The notes under the pieces are model-generated. The model was not told the DNA's origin and searched no databases. It worked only from the letters and a program-made list of their open reading frames with translations. A stretch of 64,000 nt of DNA from an uncultured Legionellales bacterium (lineage in GTDB: Bacteria; Pseudomonadota; Gammaproteobacteria; Eutrophobiales; Eutrophobiaceae), in NCBI GenBank assembly GCA_913045195.1, contig CAJWQR010000002.1:13209-77208 (forward strand). The letters are read 5' to 3'. Below are positions 1 through 9,982 of this stretch, in pieces. Within the stretch, counting starts at the first letter, position 1, and each line of letters starts with the position of its first letter. A program made the translations under genes and the position numbers.

Positions 1-318
1 AGTTCTGCGCGTGATGAAATTATAAAAGATAAATTTGTAACTGATGCATTGTTCCCGAGCATAAGAGGTAAAGCAATGACGCGGCAGACTTTCTGGCATA
101 TGATTAAACGCTATACGATAAGTGCTGGTATTAAAAAGTCAATATCCCCGCATATTCTAAGACACGCGTTTGCAACACACTTAATTAATCATGGCGCTGA
201 TCTTAGGGTTGTGCAGATGCTGCTTGGACATAGCGATATATCGACCACTCAAATCTATACGCATGTCGCAAGAGAGCGGCTAAAAGATATACATGCAGAA
301 CATCACCCACGCGGTTAG
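1..318 (+). CDS. xerD: Tyrosine site-specific recombinase XerD, C-terminal part (gene starts upstream of window)
   Basis: Frame 1 is open from base 1. The C-terminal catalytic motifs [37 protein letters not shown] are almost identical to E. coli XerD. It is followed by dsbC, as in enterobacterial xerD-dsbC synteny. Confidence 0.85.
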   Translation, partial: SSARDEIIKDKFVTDALFPSIRGKAMTRQTFWHMIKRYTISAGIKKSISPHILRHAFATHLINHGADLRVVQMLLGHSDISTTQIYTHVARERLKDIHAEHHPRG

Positions 319-445
319 CATTGCACGGAAGACTTCGACTTATTCAGTAATTTTTGGAGCATCATGCAGGTACTGGTGTATAATAAAATAATTCATTAAT
401 ATTAAAATTAATTTTGAAAAAAGTTAAATTAATTAAGGAAAAACT

Positions 446-1168
446 TTGATGAAGTTTAGATTTTATTTTTTGTTTTTAATTTTTATTTCAGCATTTGTTG
501 TTGCTGATGAAGATCTTAGAAATCAGCTTATGTTAGAATTTCACGAATCCTTGTCGAGAATATCTTCCGATTTTGAGATAACGGATGTTAAAAAAACACC
601 TATTGATGGCTTGTATCAAGTTATGATTGGTTCTGATGTGATTTACATGACTCGCGATGGTAATTATGTATTAAAAGGAGAAATTTTGGATATAGGAGAT
701 CGTAAAAATCTAACGGAAGATGCTCTTGCTGAGAATAGAATAAATTTACTGAATACTATTACTAAAGATGAATATATCGAGTTTGCTTCTAATTCAACTG
801 AAAGCTATATCTATGTTTTTACTGATGTTGACTGTGGTTATTGTAGAAAGCTCCATCGCGATGTTCCAGAACTAAATGCAAAAGGAATAGCTGTACGTTA
901 CTTAGCCTACCCACGCGCAGGTATTGACTCAACTGTTGGCGAAGAAATGAGAAATGTTTGGTGTGCGAAAGATAGGCAATCGGCATTAACACGAGCAAAA
1001 AATCGCAAACAAGTAGAATCTAAAATATGTGATGCGCCAATTGCTAGACAGTATGCGCTTGGTAAAGAGCTCGGCGTGACCGGAACCCCCGCTATTTTTT
1101 TAGAGAACGGAAGAAAACTACCGGGCTATATTCCACCAGATGAATTAATTCAGCAAATTTATAATTAA
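446..1168 (+). CDS. dsbC: Thiol:disulfide interchange protein DsbC (periplasmic disulfide isomerase)
   Basis: Signal peptide and an N-terminal dimerisation region, then a thioredoxin fold with the CGYC active site (DVDCGYCRKLH) and a second Cys pair. It sits directly downstream of xerD. Confidence 0.85.
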   Translation: MMKFRFYFLFLIFISAFVVADEDLRNQLMLEFHESLSRISSDFEITDVKKTPIDGLYQVMIGSDVIYMTRDGNYVLKGEILDIGDRKNLTEDALAENRINLLNTITKDEYIEFASNSTESYIYVFTDVDCGYCRKLHRDVPELNAKGIAVRYLAYPRAGIDSTVGEEMRNVWCAKDRQSALTRAKNRKQVESKICDAPIARQYALGKELGVTGTPAIFLENGRKLPGYIPPDELIQQIYN

Positions 1169-1187
1169 ACTAATCAAAGATATAATT

Positions 1188-1925
1188 TTAATCTAACTTA
1201 TCATGGCCATATTTAAATCCCTTTACAGATTTAATAATTGCTTTTGATAAACGACCATCTTTTTCTGTTGTTATTACTTTAATAGGTAAAAAATCTAATT
1301 CATATGCACACCAAAAATATGTTTCTTGCTTATTTTTTTTATAACGTGCAAGTTTTATTGTGTTGAAGTTCCCAAGGGGTGTTTTTATTATTTCGTCTTT
1401 GATTTTTTTAAAAGCGTACTCTTTTATTTTCCCCCCATCAGCAATTATATATTTTTCAGGAATATTCCCTAATTTAAGATCGATCATAATCATAAACTGA
1501 GATAATAATTTATCTAAAATTCCATTTTTTGTTTCCATTTTCCAGATCGAGTCATTAACGCGATTAATTATTTCTTTTTTATTCCATTTGAAATTGATTT
1601 CTACATCTCTGTCTTTTTTGCCACCGGTATGCTGATATTTGTAGAGTAGCGGGATAATATTTGAATTAGAGAAATTCCAGTTACTAACTTCAATAATATG
1701 GTCTTTTCTGAACAATGAAATTAAACCCGTTGTTTTAGTTTCAGAGCGGAAAACATAATTATTTTCTTGATCTTTATAGAAACGTCTTTCCATAAGAGCG
1801 ATTTTAGTATTATCGCTGTATAGCTTGTAGCTAACCTCAAAAAAGGGTGGAATATTATCCTGAGCCACAGAAATTTGCATACAAATGAGTAAGTAAAGTA
1901 GAAATAGATACGTTTTAATCAACAT
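1188..1925 (-). CDS. Hypothetical secreted protein (DUF3108-like?)
   Basis: 245-aa ORF with an N-terminal signal peptide and no recognisable catalytic motif. Confidence 0.35.
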   Translation of the reverse strand: MLIKTYLFLLYLLICMQISVAQDNIPPFFEVSYKLYSDNTKIALMERRFYKDQENNYVFRSETKTTGLISLFRKDHIIEVSNWNFSNSNIIPLLYKYQHTGGKKDRDVEINFKWNKKEIINRVNDSIWKMETKNGILDKLLSQFMIMIDLKLGNIPEKYIIADGGKIKEYAFKKIKDEIIKTPLGNFNTIKLARYKKNKQETYFWCAYELDFLPIKVITTEKDGRLSKAIIKSVKGFKYGHDKLD

Positions 1926-1997
1926 ATTGAATACTATGATAATTATCGTGTGTTAGAATCTGTAATATACATAATATAATCTGAACTCATTTTTTCA

Positions 1998-3431
1998 ATG
2001 CAAGACGTAATTTTTAAAACCATAAATTCGGCCAAAGTATTAGTTGTTGGCGATATTATACTTGATCAATATATTTATGGTGAAACCAATCGAATTTCTC
2101 CTGAAGCTCCTGTACCTATTGTTAGAGTCAAAAATACTGAGGAGAGGCCGGGTGGGGCTGCAAATGTTGCCTTGAATGTCGCGTCACTTGGGCTGAATGT
2201 GCAATTATTAGGTATAACGGGTAATGATGAATCCTCAACGCGTTTAGAAAATATTCTTAAGAAAAAAAAAGTAAATTGTTATTTTATACGCAAAGATAAT
2301 TTTCCAACAATAATCAAAAGAAGAGTGCTTAGTCGGCATCAACAATTAATACGGCTTGATTACGAAAATGATTTAAATACGATAAAAATAAATGGTCTTG
2401 TAGAAAAATATATTGAGTTACTAGAATCAACTGATGTTGTTATTCTTTCTGATTATGCAAAAGGCGGGTTAGCTGAGGTAGAGAGCCTTATAAAACATGC
2501 TAATGAAAAAGAAATTCCTATACTTGTTGATCCAAAATCTAAGGATTTTGGATGCTATAAGAGCGCAAATGTTTTAACTCCAAATGAAAAAGAATTTGAA
2601 GCTATTGTTGGGGATTGCGAAACAGATGATGAATTAATAGAAAAGAGTAAATCACTTCGTGAAGAACTTGAACTGGATGCATTATTAGTAACACGTGGTG
2701 AAAAAGGGATGGCTCTAATACAAAAGAATAAACCAATAATACATCATAAGTCAGCAGCTCACGAAGTTTTTGATGTAACAGGTGCTGGCGATACTGTAAT
2801 CGCTGTATTAGCTGCTTCGATAGCGAGTAAACTACCTCTGGAAATTGCAACCTTATTCGCCAATACCGCAGCAGGCCTTGTTGTCGAAAAACTTGGTACT
2901 GCAACAATTACTACTGATGAAATCAATAAAAATCTTAATACCGAAGGAAATTTATCGGCAATAACAGACAGGAATCAAGCCTTAGAAATTATCAATAAAG
3001 CAAAGGACCGTGGCGATCGGATAATAATGACAAATGGTTGTTTCGACATAATTCATACTGGCCATGTGCGCTATTTATCTCAAGCAAAGTCGCTCGGTAA
3101 CTTTCTCGTTATCGCAATCAATGATGATGATTCTGTAAAGCGATTAAAAGGAAGCAACCGACCTATTAATTCTCTCGAAAACAGAGCGACAGTATTGAGT
3201 GGATTAGCTAGCGTTAATCTGATTGTTCCTTTTACTGAAGATACACCTGAAAAACTCATCAGATTTTTAGAACCAGATACACTTGTAAAAGGCGGGGATT
3301 ATGATGAAGAGCACATTGCCGGGGCTAAATCAGTCAGAGAATCAGGTGGAGATGTCGTAATTGTGCCTTTCGAAGAAGGATATTCGACTTCCCATATATT
3401 GAAAAAAATCAAAGATAAAAAGCAGGATTAG
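1998..3431 (+). CDS. hldE: Bifunctional D-beta-D-heptose 7-phosphate kinase / D-beta-D-heptose 1-phosphate adenylyltransferase
   Basis: 477 aa. The N-terminal half is a ribokinase-like sugar kinase (GAGD motif). The C-terminal half is a cytidylyltransferase (NGCFDIIHTGHVRYL). It lies next to hldD. Confidence 0.9.
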   Translation: MQDVIFKTINSAKVLVVGDIILDQYIYGETNRISPEAPVPIVRVKNTEERPGGAANVALNVASLGLNVQLLGITGNDESSTRLENILKKKKVNCYFIRKDNFPTIIKRRVLSRHQQLIRLDYENDLNTIKINGLVEKYIELLESTDVVILSDYAKGGLAEVESLIKHANEKEIPILVDPKSKDFGCYKSANVLTPNEKEFEAIVGDCETDDELIEKSKSLREELELDALLVTRGEKGMALIQKNKPIIHHKSAAHEVFDVTGAGDTVIAVLAASIASKLPLEIATLFANTAAGLVVEKLGTATITTDEINKNLNTEGNLSAITDRNQALEIINKAKDRGDRIIMTNGCFDIIHTGHVRYLSQAKSLGNFLVIAINDDDSVKRLKGSNRPINSLENRATVLSGLASVNLIVPFTEDTPEKLIRFLEPDTLVKGGDYDEEHIAGAKSVRESGGDVVIVPFEEGYSTSHILKKIKDKKQD

Positions 3432-3432
3432 T

Positions 3433-4374
3433 ATGATTGTTGTTACTGGTGGGGCGGGTTTTATTGGGAGTCATCTTGTTTTAGAACTTAATAAAACAGG
3501 CACAAATAAAATAGTTGTGGTCGACAACCTAAAAAATAAAGAAAAAAATAAGAATTTAATTGAAGCTAAAATTGTAGACTATATCGATAAAATTGATTTT
3601 TTAAAATTAATCGAAAAACGCGATCCATTTTGTGAAGATATTGATTTTGTATTCCATCAAGGTGCATGTACTGTCACCACAGAATGGGATGGTCGATATA
3701 TGTTGGAGAATAATTTTAGATATTCGAAAGTCTTACTTAATTTTTGTCTTGAACGCTCAATCCCTTTTATCTATGCATCAAGCGCAGCAGTTTATGGTAT
3801 TAATTCTAATTTTGCTGAGAAACGGAAAAATGAAGGCCCAGTAAATATATATGGATATTCAAAATGGTTATTTGATCAATATGTGCGTAGCTTGAAAAAT
3901 AAAATTAAATCACAAGTAGTAGGCCTTCGTTATTTTAATGTTTTTGGGCCAGGTGAGGCGCATAAAAATAATATGGCGAGTGTTGTTTATCATTTCGATA
4001 ATCAAATTAATGAAATGGGGGAACTAAAATTATTTAAAGGAAGTCATGGCTATGCTGATGGTGAGCAACGCAGAGACTTTATTTTTGTCGATGATGTTAT
4101 TAAGGTCAATCTATGGATGATGAATAATTCTAATATTTCTGGTATTTATAATGTTGGCACAGGCAAAGCACATAGTTTTAATGATATAGCGAATGCAGTT
4201 ATAAAAAGACGCGAAACAGGAAGAATTAAATATATTCCATTTCCAAAGGAATTAGAGGAAAGTTACCAAAGTTATACTGAAGCTAATTTAGAAAACTTAC
4301 GAACAGCTGGTTACAAGAAAGAATTTATCGGATTAGATGAAGGTGTGATCGCTTATCTTGACGCGATTTATTAA
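3433..4374 (+). CDS. hldD: ADP-L-glycero-D-manno-heptose 6-epimerase
   Basis: Begins MIVVTGGAGFIGSH, an SDR/Rossmann fold about 313 aa long, with the conserved YxxxK region. Classic rfaD placement next to hldE and waaA. Confidence 0.9.
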   Translation: MIVVTGGAGFIGSHLVLELNKTGTNKIVVVDNLKNKEKNKNLIEAKIVDYIDKIDFLKLIEKRDPFCEDIDFVFHQGACTVTTEWDGRYMLENNFRYSKVLLNFCLERSIPFIYASSAAVYGINSNFAEKRKNEGPVNIYGYSKWLFDQYVRSLKNKIKSQVVGLRYFNVFGPGEAHKNNMASVVYHFDNQINEMGELKLFKGSHGYADGEQRRDFIFVDDVIKVNLWMMNNSNISGIYNVGTGKAHSFNDIANAVIKRRETGRIKYIPFPKELEESYQSYTEANLENLRTAGYKKEFIGLDEGVIAYLDAIY

Positions 4375-4410
4375 ACTTTTTTATATTAATAACAATATTT
4401 TTAAAATCAA

Positions 4411-5685
4411 TTGCAATATTTTTATACATCCGTAATTTACTTTTTAATACCATTTGTTCTCATAAGGCTATTATTGATTAGCATTAAATATCCATCTTAT
4501 AGAGCAAAATGGCATGAGAGATTTGGGTTTATTAATTGGAAGAATTCTAATAAACCCCTTATTTGGATTCATGCTGTTTCGGTCGGAGAGGTCAATGCAG
4601 CAAAGCCTATTGTTAGTTTTCTTTTAAAGAAATACCCCCATTACCAAATCATCATCACAACAGTAACACCATCAGGAGCAAATACTGTTTTACAGTGCTA
4701 CGATGACAACGTTAAAAATTTTTATCTACCTTATGACGTACCTTTCTGTGTAAGGAAATTTATACAAAAAATTAACCCTAGTATTTTAATAACAATGGAG
4801 ACTGAAATTTGGCCAAATCTCTATCAAACCTGTCATTACGCTAATGTGCCAATATTTATAGTCAACGCCAGATTAAGCCAAAAATCAATGAAAGGATATC
4901 AATTGGTTTCAACCCTAACAAAGAATACGCTTAAATTTGTGGATAAAATTGCAGCACAAACTGAGGTTGATGCGGAACGCTTTATTGCGCTTGGCGCTCA
5001 ACATGAAAAAGTTTCGGTAGTCGGTAATTTAAAATTTGATATTGCTATTCCTCAAAGCATTAAAGAAGAGGCAGAACCTCTGAGGCATTATTTTTCAGTT
5101 AATCGTCCAGTATGGATGGCTGCAAGCACTCATCCGGGAGAAGAGGAAATTATTCTGAATGCACATAAAAGAATTCTATCTAAATATCCAGACGCAATTC
5201 TAATCTTAGCGCCACGACATCCAGAAAGATCAGAAAAATTATCATTACTGTGTAAAAAGATGAATTTTTCTTTAGTAAGGCGTACCGAAGAAATATCATT
5301 CGATAGCAATCATAATGTTTTTTTGCTAGATACATTGGGAGAGCTCCAACTATATTATGCAGCATCAGAAGTTGCTTTTGTTGGTGGAAGTCTTGTTAAT
5401 ACTGGCGGGCAAAACATGTTAGAGCCCGCTAGCTTGAATTTACCAATTATTACTGGTCCATATACATATAATTTCTTTGAGGTAAGCAGATTACTTTTAG
5501 AAAATGAAGCATTGCTTTTGGCTGCAAATGATGAACAATTAGCTTTAAATGTTATAGAATTATTGAGTGATGCTAATCGAAGACATGTAATGGGGGAACG
5601 GGCAAAAGCCGTTATTCTTGTAAATAGAGGCTCATCTGAGCGAGCTGCCGCATTAATAGAGCCTTATTTATCCAGTTCAATATGA
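4411..5685 (+). CDS. waaA: 3-deoxy-D-manno-octulosonic acid (Kdo) transferase
   Basis: 424 aa with an N-terminal TM anchor and the glycosyltransferase-30 family motifs (HAVSVGE, EIWPN). It sits in the LPS core cluster. Confidence 0.85.
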   Translation: MQYFYTSVIYFLIPFVLIRLLLISIKYPSYRAKWHERFGFINWKNSNKPLIWIHAVSVGEVNAAKPIVSFLLKKYPHYQIIITTVTPSGANTVLQCYDDNVKNFYLPYDVPFCVRKFIQKINPSILITMETEIWPNLYQTCHYANVPIFIVNARLSQKSMKGYQLVSTLTKNTLKFVDKIAAQTEVDAERFIALGAQHEKVSVVGNLKFDIAIPQSIKEEAEPLRHYFSVNRPVWMAASTHPGEEEIILNAHKRILSKYPDAILILAPRHPERSEKLSLLCKKMNFSLVRRTEEISFDSNHNVFLLDTLGELQLYYAASEVAFVGGSLVNTGGQNMLEPASLNLPIITGPYTYNFFEVSRLLLENEALLLAANDEQLALNVIELLSDANRRHVMGERAKAVILVNRGSSERAAALIEPYLSSSI

Positions 5686-5774
5686 ACTTTTTAAGTAGAT
5701 GTCGCTTCTAATGAATTCTAATTGAGCAAATAAATTTCATTTTTAGATATACTAAAACTAAAGAGGTAAAGGTA

Positions 5775-6152
5775 ATGAAAAAAACAGCAATTAGTTTAGC
5801 TATTCTTCTTTTTGGTACGATGCCAAGCATGGCGTATGAATATCCAACAGAAGAAACCATTCGCTATGCACTCAATTGTATGACGACACTCGGCGGACAA
5901 ACGGATCAGAATCTTTATACTTGTTCATGTCGATACGATTCAATCAGAGAGGTTTTACCCTTCGATGATTATGCAGACGGGAAAACATACGAAAGAAATA
6001 GAGCAATGCCCGGCAAAAAAGGTGGCTTTTTTAGGGATAATGAGCGTGGCGAAGAATTATATGGTGTCTTGGTCAGTGCAAGAGAGCAAGCTGATGAACA
6101 GTGTATCGTCGTGAAACAAGTTCAAATGATAGAACCAACCAGCAGTGAATAG
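5775..6152 (+). CDS. Hypothetical small secreted Cys-containing protein
   Basis: 125 aa with a signal peptide (cleavage near SMA-YE) and 5 Cys residues. No family recognised. Confidence 0.35.
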   Translation: MKKTAISLAILLFGTMPSMAYEYPTEETIRYALNCMTTLGGQTDQNLYTCSCRYDSIREVLPFDDYADGKTYERNRAMPGKKGGFFRDNERGEELYGVLVSAREQADEQCIVVKQVQMIEPTSSE

Positions 6153-6211
6153 ACGTATTTGTAATTCATTTTTACAAACAAAAATATAGAGTTTTATATA
6201 TTCTTTATTTT

Positions 6212-7072
6212 CTATGAGTCCAAAGATACCTTGTATGTATCACTGAACGCATTCTTTTTGGTATCTGTGCCTTTTACAAGCATAGTCCCTTCTTTTTCAG
6301 GGACGAAGTAGAAGCGTAAGGCAGGGTCCATACTGACAGAAAATGTTAACGATGCTTTAACGATAAGTTTCCCATTGTAGTTGATCTCAATACTATCGAC
6401 AAAAAAAGCGGGCGGTCTTACTCGTGAACCAATTTTTAACGGAGCCATACCAGTAATATTAGGATGACGTATTTTTAACTGCATCAAATTAGGTTTGCCA
6501 AGCACCAAATCGCCTACCACTTTCATTCTCATCTTTCCAAGTAACTTTTTTGACTCTTCGCTACCTGGCGGAGGTGGTGCAGAGCATGCCCCCTTTGCTT
6601 TTATAAAAGATTTTGTCATGTAAAGTTCACCGGTATTTAATTCAGCAATTGCACGTACATAATTATGAGCATCAACACGTATACGCAACGCTAAATCAGC
6701 TTTACCACTATCGGGCGTGAACTCAAAAGCGCCAACCAACGGAATCGGGTTCTTATCAATGAAGATATGCATTTTCTTTATATAGAGATCGTCCGTCTGT
6801 GGAATTTTAGTGTGTACCGAAATTGGAACAAAGCTTGCATCTTCTGCCAAAATCGGGGCTTTCAGTTCAAGAATTGTTTGTTCTGCACCCTCAATGATTT
6901 CTCTATCTTGGAAAAACTGTTTTCTAATATTTTTTTCCCAGGCTTGGTCAGATAAATTCTGTCTCCAAACAGTTGTGTCTCCGGTTGGCCGAAGATTCGC
7001 TGGAGCGACATCAGCTTGCGCAATTGAAGCAATTAGCAAACTAGTAATTACTGCTAAACTATGAATATTCAT
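6212..7072 (-). CDS. SoxY-SoxZ-like fused sulfur-carrier-type protein (quinoprotein-dehydrogenase-associated SoxYZ-like carrier)
   Basis: 286 aa with a signal peptide. The N-terminal half is SoxY-like and ends in a Cys-bearing swinging-arm-type motif (KAKGACSAPPPPG). The C-terminal half is SoxZ-like (IRHPNITGM...PPAFFVDSIEINYNGK). It is divergently placed next to xoxF. Confidence 0.65.
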   Translation of the reverse strand: MNIHSLAVITSLLIASIAQADVAPANLRPTGDTTVWRQNLSDQAWEKNIRKQFFQDREIIEGAEQTILELKAPILAEDASFVPISVHTKIPQTDDLYIKKMHIFIDKNPIPLVGAFEFTPDSGKADLALRIRVDAHNYVRAIAELNTGELYMTKSFIKAKGACSAPPPPGSEESKKLLGKMRMKVVGDLVLGKPNLMQLKIRHPNITGMAPLKIGSRVRPPAFFVDSIEINYNGKLIVKASLTFSVSMDPALRFYFVPEKEGTMLVKGTDTKKNAFSDTYKVSLDS

Positions 7073-7875
7073 AAAAACTCGCTATTATTTTCATACTTTC
7101 ATTCATATCGATTTTTTAATAATGTAGCTCCGATACTCATGATTATTATCAAAACTATTGATTATTACCAATATTTTCGTTATATATATTACACCAAAAT
7201 AAAGATAAAAATGTTTTATTAATTGGTCATTTTAGTAGCAATAATCCTGTAACGCAAAAATACGCAATAAAACCCAATAAAGCTCATAATCCTATGTATA
7301 GATATTGCCCAATATATTGTTTCTTATGGTAAAAAAAGACCTTGCAAGGGGCGGGAAAATTTCCTACACTCGCATCTGAAGTAATGAGTTTGATGAGCCG
7401 ATTAGGGCTGGGTTTTAAGGAATAAAAAACCCTTAAATTCTTCAATAAGAATTAAAGATTTTTCGGCATCAATAGTACTTACATAAAAAAATTGTTTTGA
7501 CATCTATTTTGATGATAACAATAAAAATAGTTGATGTAGTTTTTCTTTCTTAAAGTTTATATTTTTCGAAAGTTATTTGATAAAACTACCTCGATTGAAC
7601 TGTTAGGGAAAATCCTAATTTCACAAATGGGTAATAGGATTGATAAAACTTAAAAGCATGCGTCTTACTGCAAGTTATTTTTCTTTCTCTATGAGAGCGA
7701 TTAGCAAGTCTAGTCTTAAATTATTTATTCCCCTTTCAAAAGTTCAATCAATTTCTTCTCCATTACATTTACCGATTTTTAAAGCTCAATAGTTCTTTAT
7801 GATCTCGAGGAACTGCTGGGTTGTTTATCACATTATGAGATCACACATGATCAACCAATTATAGAGGAGGAGGTC

Positions 7876-9813
7876 ATGAGTAAATTATCATTAAAGAAAT
7901 GGCTCATAGCTATTTTAGCATTAGGGATTTCTGCATCAGTAGTTGCGAATGATGAAGTTCGTAAACTGAATGCTAACCCTAACTATTGGGCTTTTCCTGG
8001 TGGCGACTACAACAACTGGCGTTATACTGAGTTGAATCAAATCAACACAAAAAATGCTAGCAAGTTAGTTACTGCTTGGACTTTTTCAACTGGCCGTTTA
8101 CAAGGTCATGAAGGTGGACCATTAGTATTACCATCAAGCGCAACTGGCTTAGGTGGCGATACTCTTTATATCCATTCTTCATTCCCTAATGACGTTTTTG
8201 CTATCAGTTTGGATACGCTTGAAATCGTTTGGTATTTCGAGCCACAACAAGACGAAGCAGAAACCGTACCTGTAATGTGCTGCGATATTGTTAATCGCGG
8301 TTTAGGTTACAGTATGGGTCAAATTTATCTTCAACAAGCCGACACAACCTTGGTTGCGTTAGACGCTGGTACCGGTAAAGTAAACTGGACAGCAGAGAAT
8401 GGTCGTGATATCGGTTATGGTCCTGCTGCTGGTGATACCAATACCAACGCTCCACACCCAATTAAAGACAAAGTCTTTACTGGTTGTTCAGGTGCTGAGT
8501 TTGGTGTTCGTTGCTGGATGGCTGCTTTCAATGCGAAAGACGGTTCTCTTGCATGGCGTGCATTTAGCATGGGTCCAGACGAAGATATTCGTTTCGACGC
8601 TAACACCACTTCATTGGGCAAGAAAGTTGGCAAAAATTCTTCACTAAATTCTTGGTGTTCGAATGCTGACTGGAAGGCTCCATCTACTGGTCCTAACAAA
8701 TGTAGTGGACTAAGTGATGCATGGAAGTCTGGTGGTGGTTCAACTTGGGGTTGGTGGCCTGCTGACTTCGACGAAAACTTGATGTACTACGGAAATGGTA
8801 ACCCATCTACGTGGAACCCTGTTGTTCGTCCTGGAGACAACAAATGGTCAATGACTATATTCGCTCGTGATATCGATACCGGTGTTGCGCGTTGGGTATA
8901 TCAAATGACTCCACATGATGAGTGGGATTACGATGGTGTTAACGAAATGATCCTAGCTGACATTAAAGTTAAGGGTAAAATGACCAAAGCTTTAGTTCAC
9001 TTTGATCGTAACGGTTATGGATACACCATGAATCGTGTAAACGGTGCTTTACTTGTAGCTGAAAAGTATGACCCAGCTGTTAACTGGTCAACTCACGTTG
9101 ACATGAAGACGGGTTATCCTCAAACGCTTCCACAGTACTCAACTCATTTTAACGGTGAAGACGTAGTTTCAAAGGATATTTGTCCTGCAGCACTTGGTAC
9201 CAAGGATCAGCAGCCTGCTGCTTTCTCTCCACGTACCAATCTGTTCTATGTTCCAACTAACCACGTATGTATGACCTACGAACCAGTAAGTTATGCTGCA
9301 GGTGGTAACCAATACACAGCTGGTGCGGCTTATGTTAACGCTGCTCTAACTATGTATCCTGCTGGTGCTGTTTGCCCAGATTGTCCAAATAATAATAGTC
9401 AAAAGGACAACATGGGTAACTTCATCGCTTGGGATGCAGGTAAAGGTAAAATTGTTTGGAATATTGTCGAACAATGGTCTGTATGGTCTGGTGTTCTTAC
9501 CACAGCTGGCGATGTAGTGTTCTACGGAACTCTTGACGCTTATGCTAAGGCCGTTGATGCGAAGACTGGTAAATTGCTATGGAAGTTCAAAGCTCCATCA
9601 GGCATTATCGGCAACTTCAACTCTTGGGCTCACAAGGGTAAGCAATACGTTGGTGTTCTTTCGGGCATCGGCGGTTGGGCAGGTGCAGTTGTGTCTATTG
9701 AAGGCCTAGCTGCAGCTCCTGATGATGCTGCTCTTGGTGCTGTTGGTGGTTATCGTAAACTTCTCAATTCTTCACGTAATAGTGGCGTATTGATGGTGTT
9801 TAGCCTACCTTAA
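7876..9813 (+). CDS. xoxF: Lanthanide-dependent PQQ methanol dehydrogenase, XoxF type
   Basis: 645 aa with a signal peptide and an 8-bladed PQQ propeller. It carries the XoxF-diagnostic DYDG (WDYDGVNEM) lanthanide-ligand Asp in place of the MxaF Ala, and a vicinal Cys-Cys (VMCCD). Strong RBS GAGGAGGAGG. Confidence 0.9.
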   Translation: MSKLSLKKWLIAILALGISASVVANDEVRKLNANPNYWAFPGGDYNNWRYTELNQINTKNASKLVTAWTFSTGRLQGHEGGPLVLPSSATGLGGDTLYIHSSFPNDVFAISLDTLEIVWYFEPQQDEAETVPVMCCDIVNRGLGYSMGQIYLQQADTTLVALDAGTGKVNWTAENGRDIGYGPAAGDTNTNAPHPIKDKVFTGCSGAEFGVRCWMAAFNAKDGSLAWRAFSMGPDEDIRFDANTTSLGKKVGKNSSLNSWCSNADWKAPSTGPNKCSGLSDAWKSGGGSTWGWWPADFDENLMYYGNGNPSTWNPVVRPGDNKWSMTIFARDIDTGVARWVYQMTPHDEWDYDGVNEMILADIKVKGKMTKALVHFDRNGYGYTMNRVNGALLVAEKYDPAVNWSTHVDMKTGYPQTLPQYSTHFNGEDVVSKDICPAALGTKDQQPAAFSPRTNLFYVPTNHVCMTYEPVSYAAGGNQYTAGAAYVNAALTMYPAGAVCPDCPNNNSQKDNMGNFIAWDAGKGKIVWNIVEQWSVWSGVLTTAGDVVFYGTLDAYAKAVDAKTGKLLWKFKAPSGIIGNFNSWAHKGKQYVGVLSGIGGWAGAVVSIEGLAAAPDDAALGAVGGYRKLLNSSRNSGVLMVFSLP

Positions 9814-9839
9814 GCAATAAACAGACGTAAGTTTGTTAG

Positions 9840-9872
9840 ATCCCTGGTACTTCGGTATCAGGGATTTTTTTT
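9840..9872 (+). terminator. Rho-independent terminator after xoxF (11-bp stem with UUCG tetraloop plus T8)
   Basis: ATCCCTGGTAC-TTCG-GTATCAGGGAT followed by TTTTTTTT. Confidence 0.7.
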
Positions 9873-9982
9873 AGTGGTTTACGGTTTAATGTATTATTAT
9901 CAGAAAGTATTATTATAAAAAAATAATGAGAATATTTAGGTTCAATTAATAAGAACTTGTTCCAAATTATTAAGTCTTATAT

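Noticed and set aside
1-318. Integrase at window edge as a possible mobile-element or integrated-phage boundary
   Set aside because: The sequence is chromosomal XerD (dimer-resolution recombinase) in its canonical xerD-dsbC context. There are no flanking phage genes, att-like repeats or tRNA.
2602-2907. Antisense and alternative-frame ORFs of 60-100 aa inside hldE, hldD, waaA, xoxF, fdsA, fhcA, fhcB, mch, metH, nrdA and others (for example 2602-2907, 3632-3844, 5180-5365, 8399-8699, 21312-21607, 56274-56531)
   Set aside because: All are nested within, and out of frame or antisense to, long conserved genes. They have no RBS or homology and are shadow ORFs.
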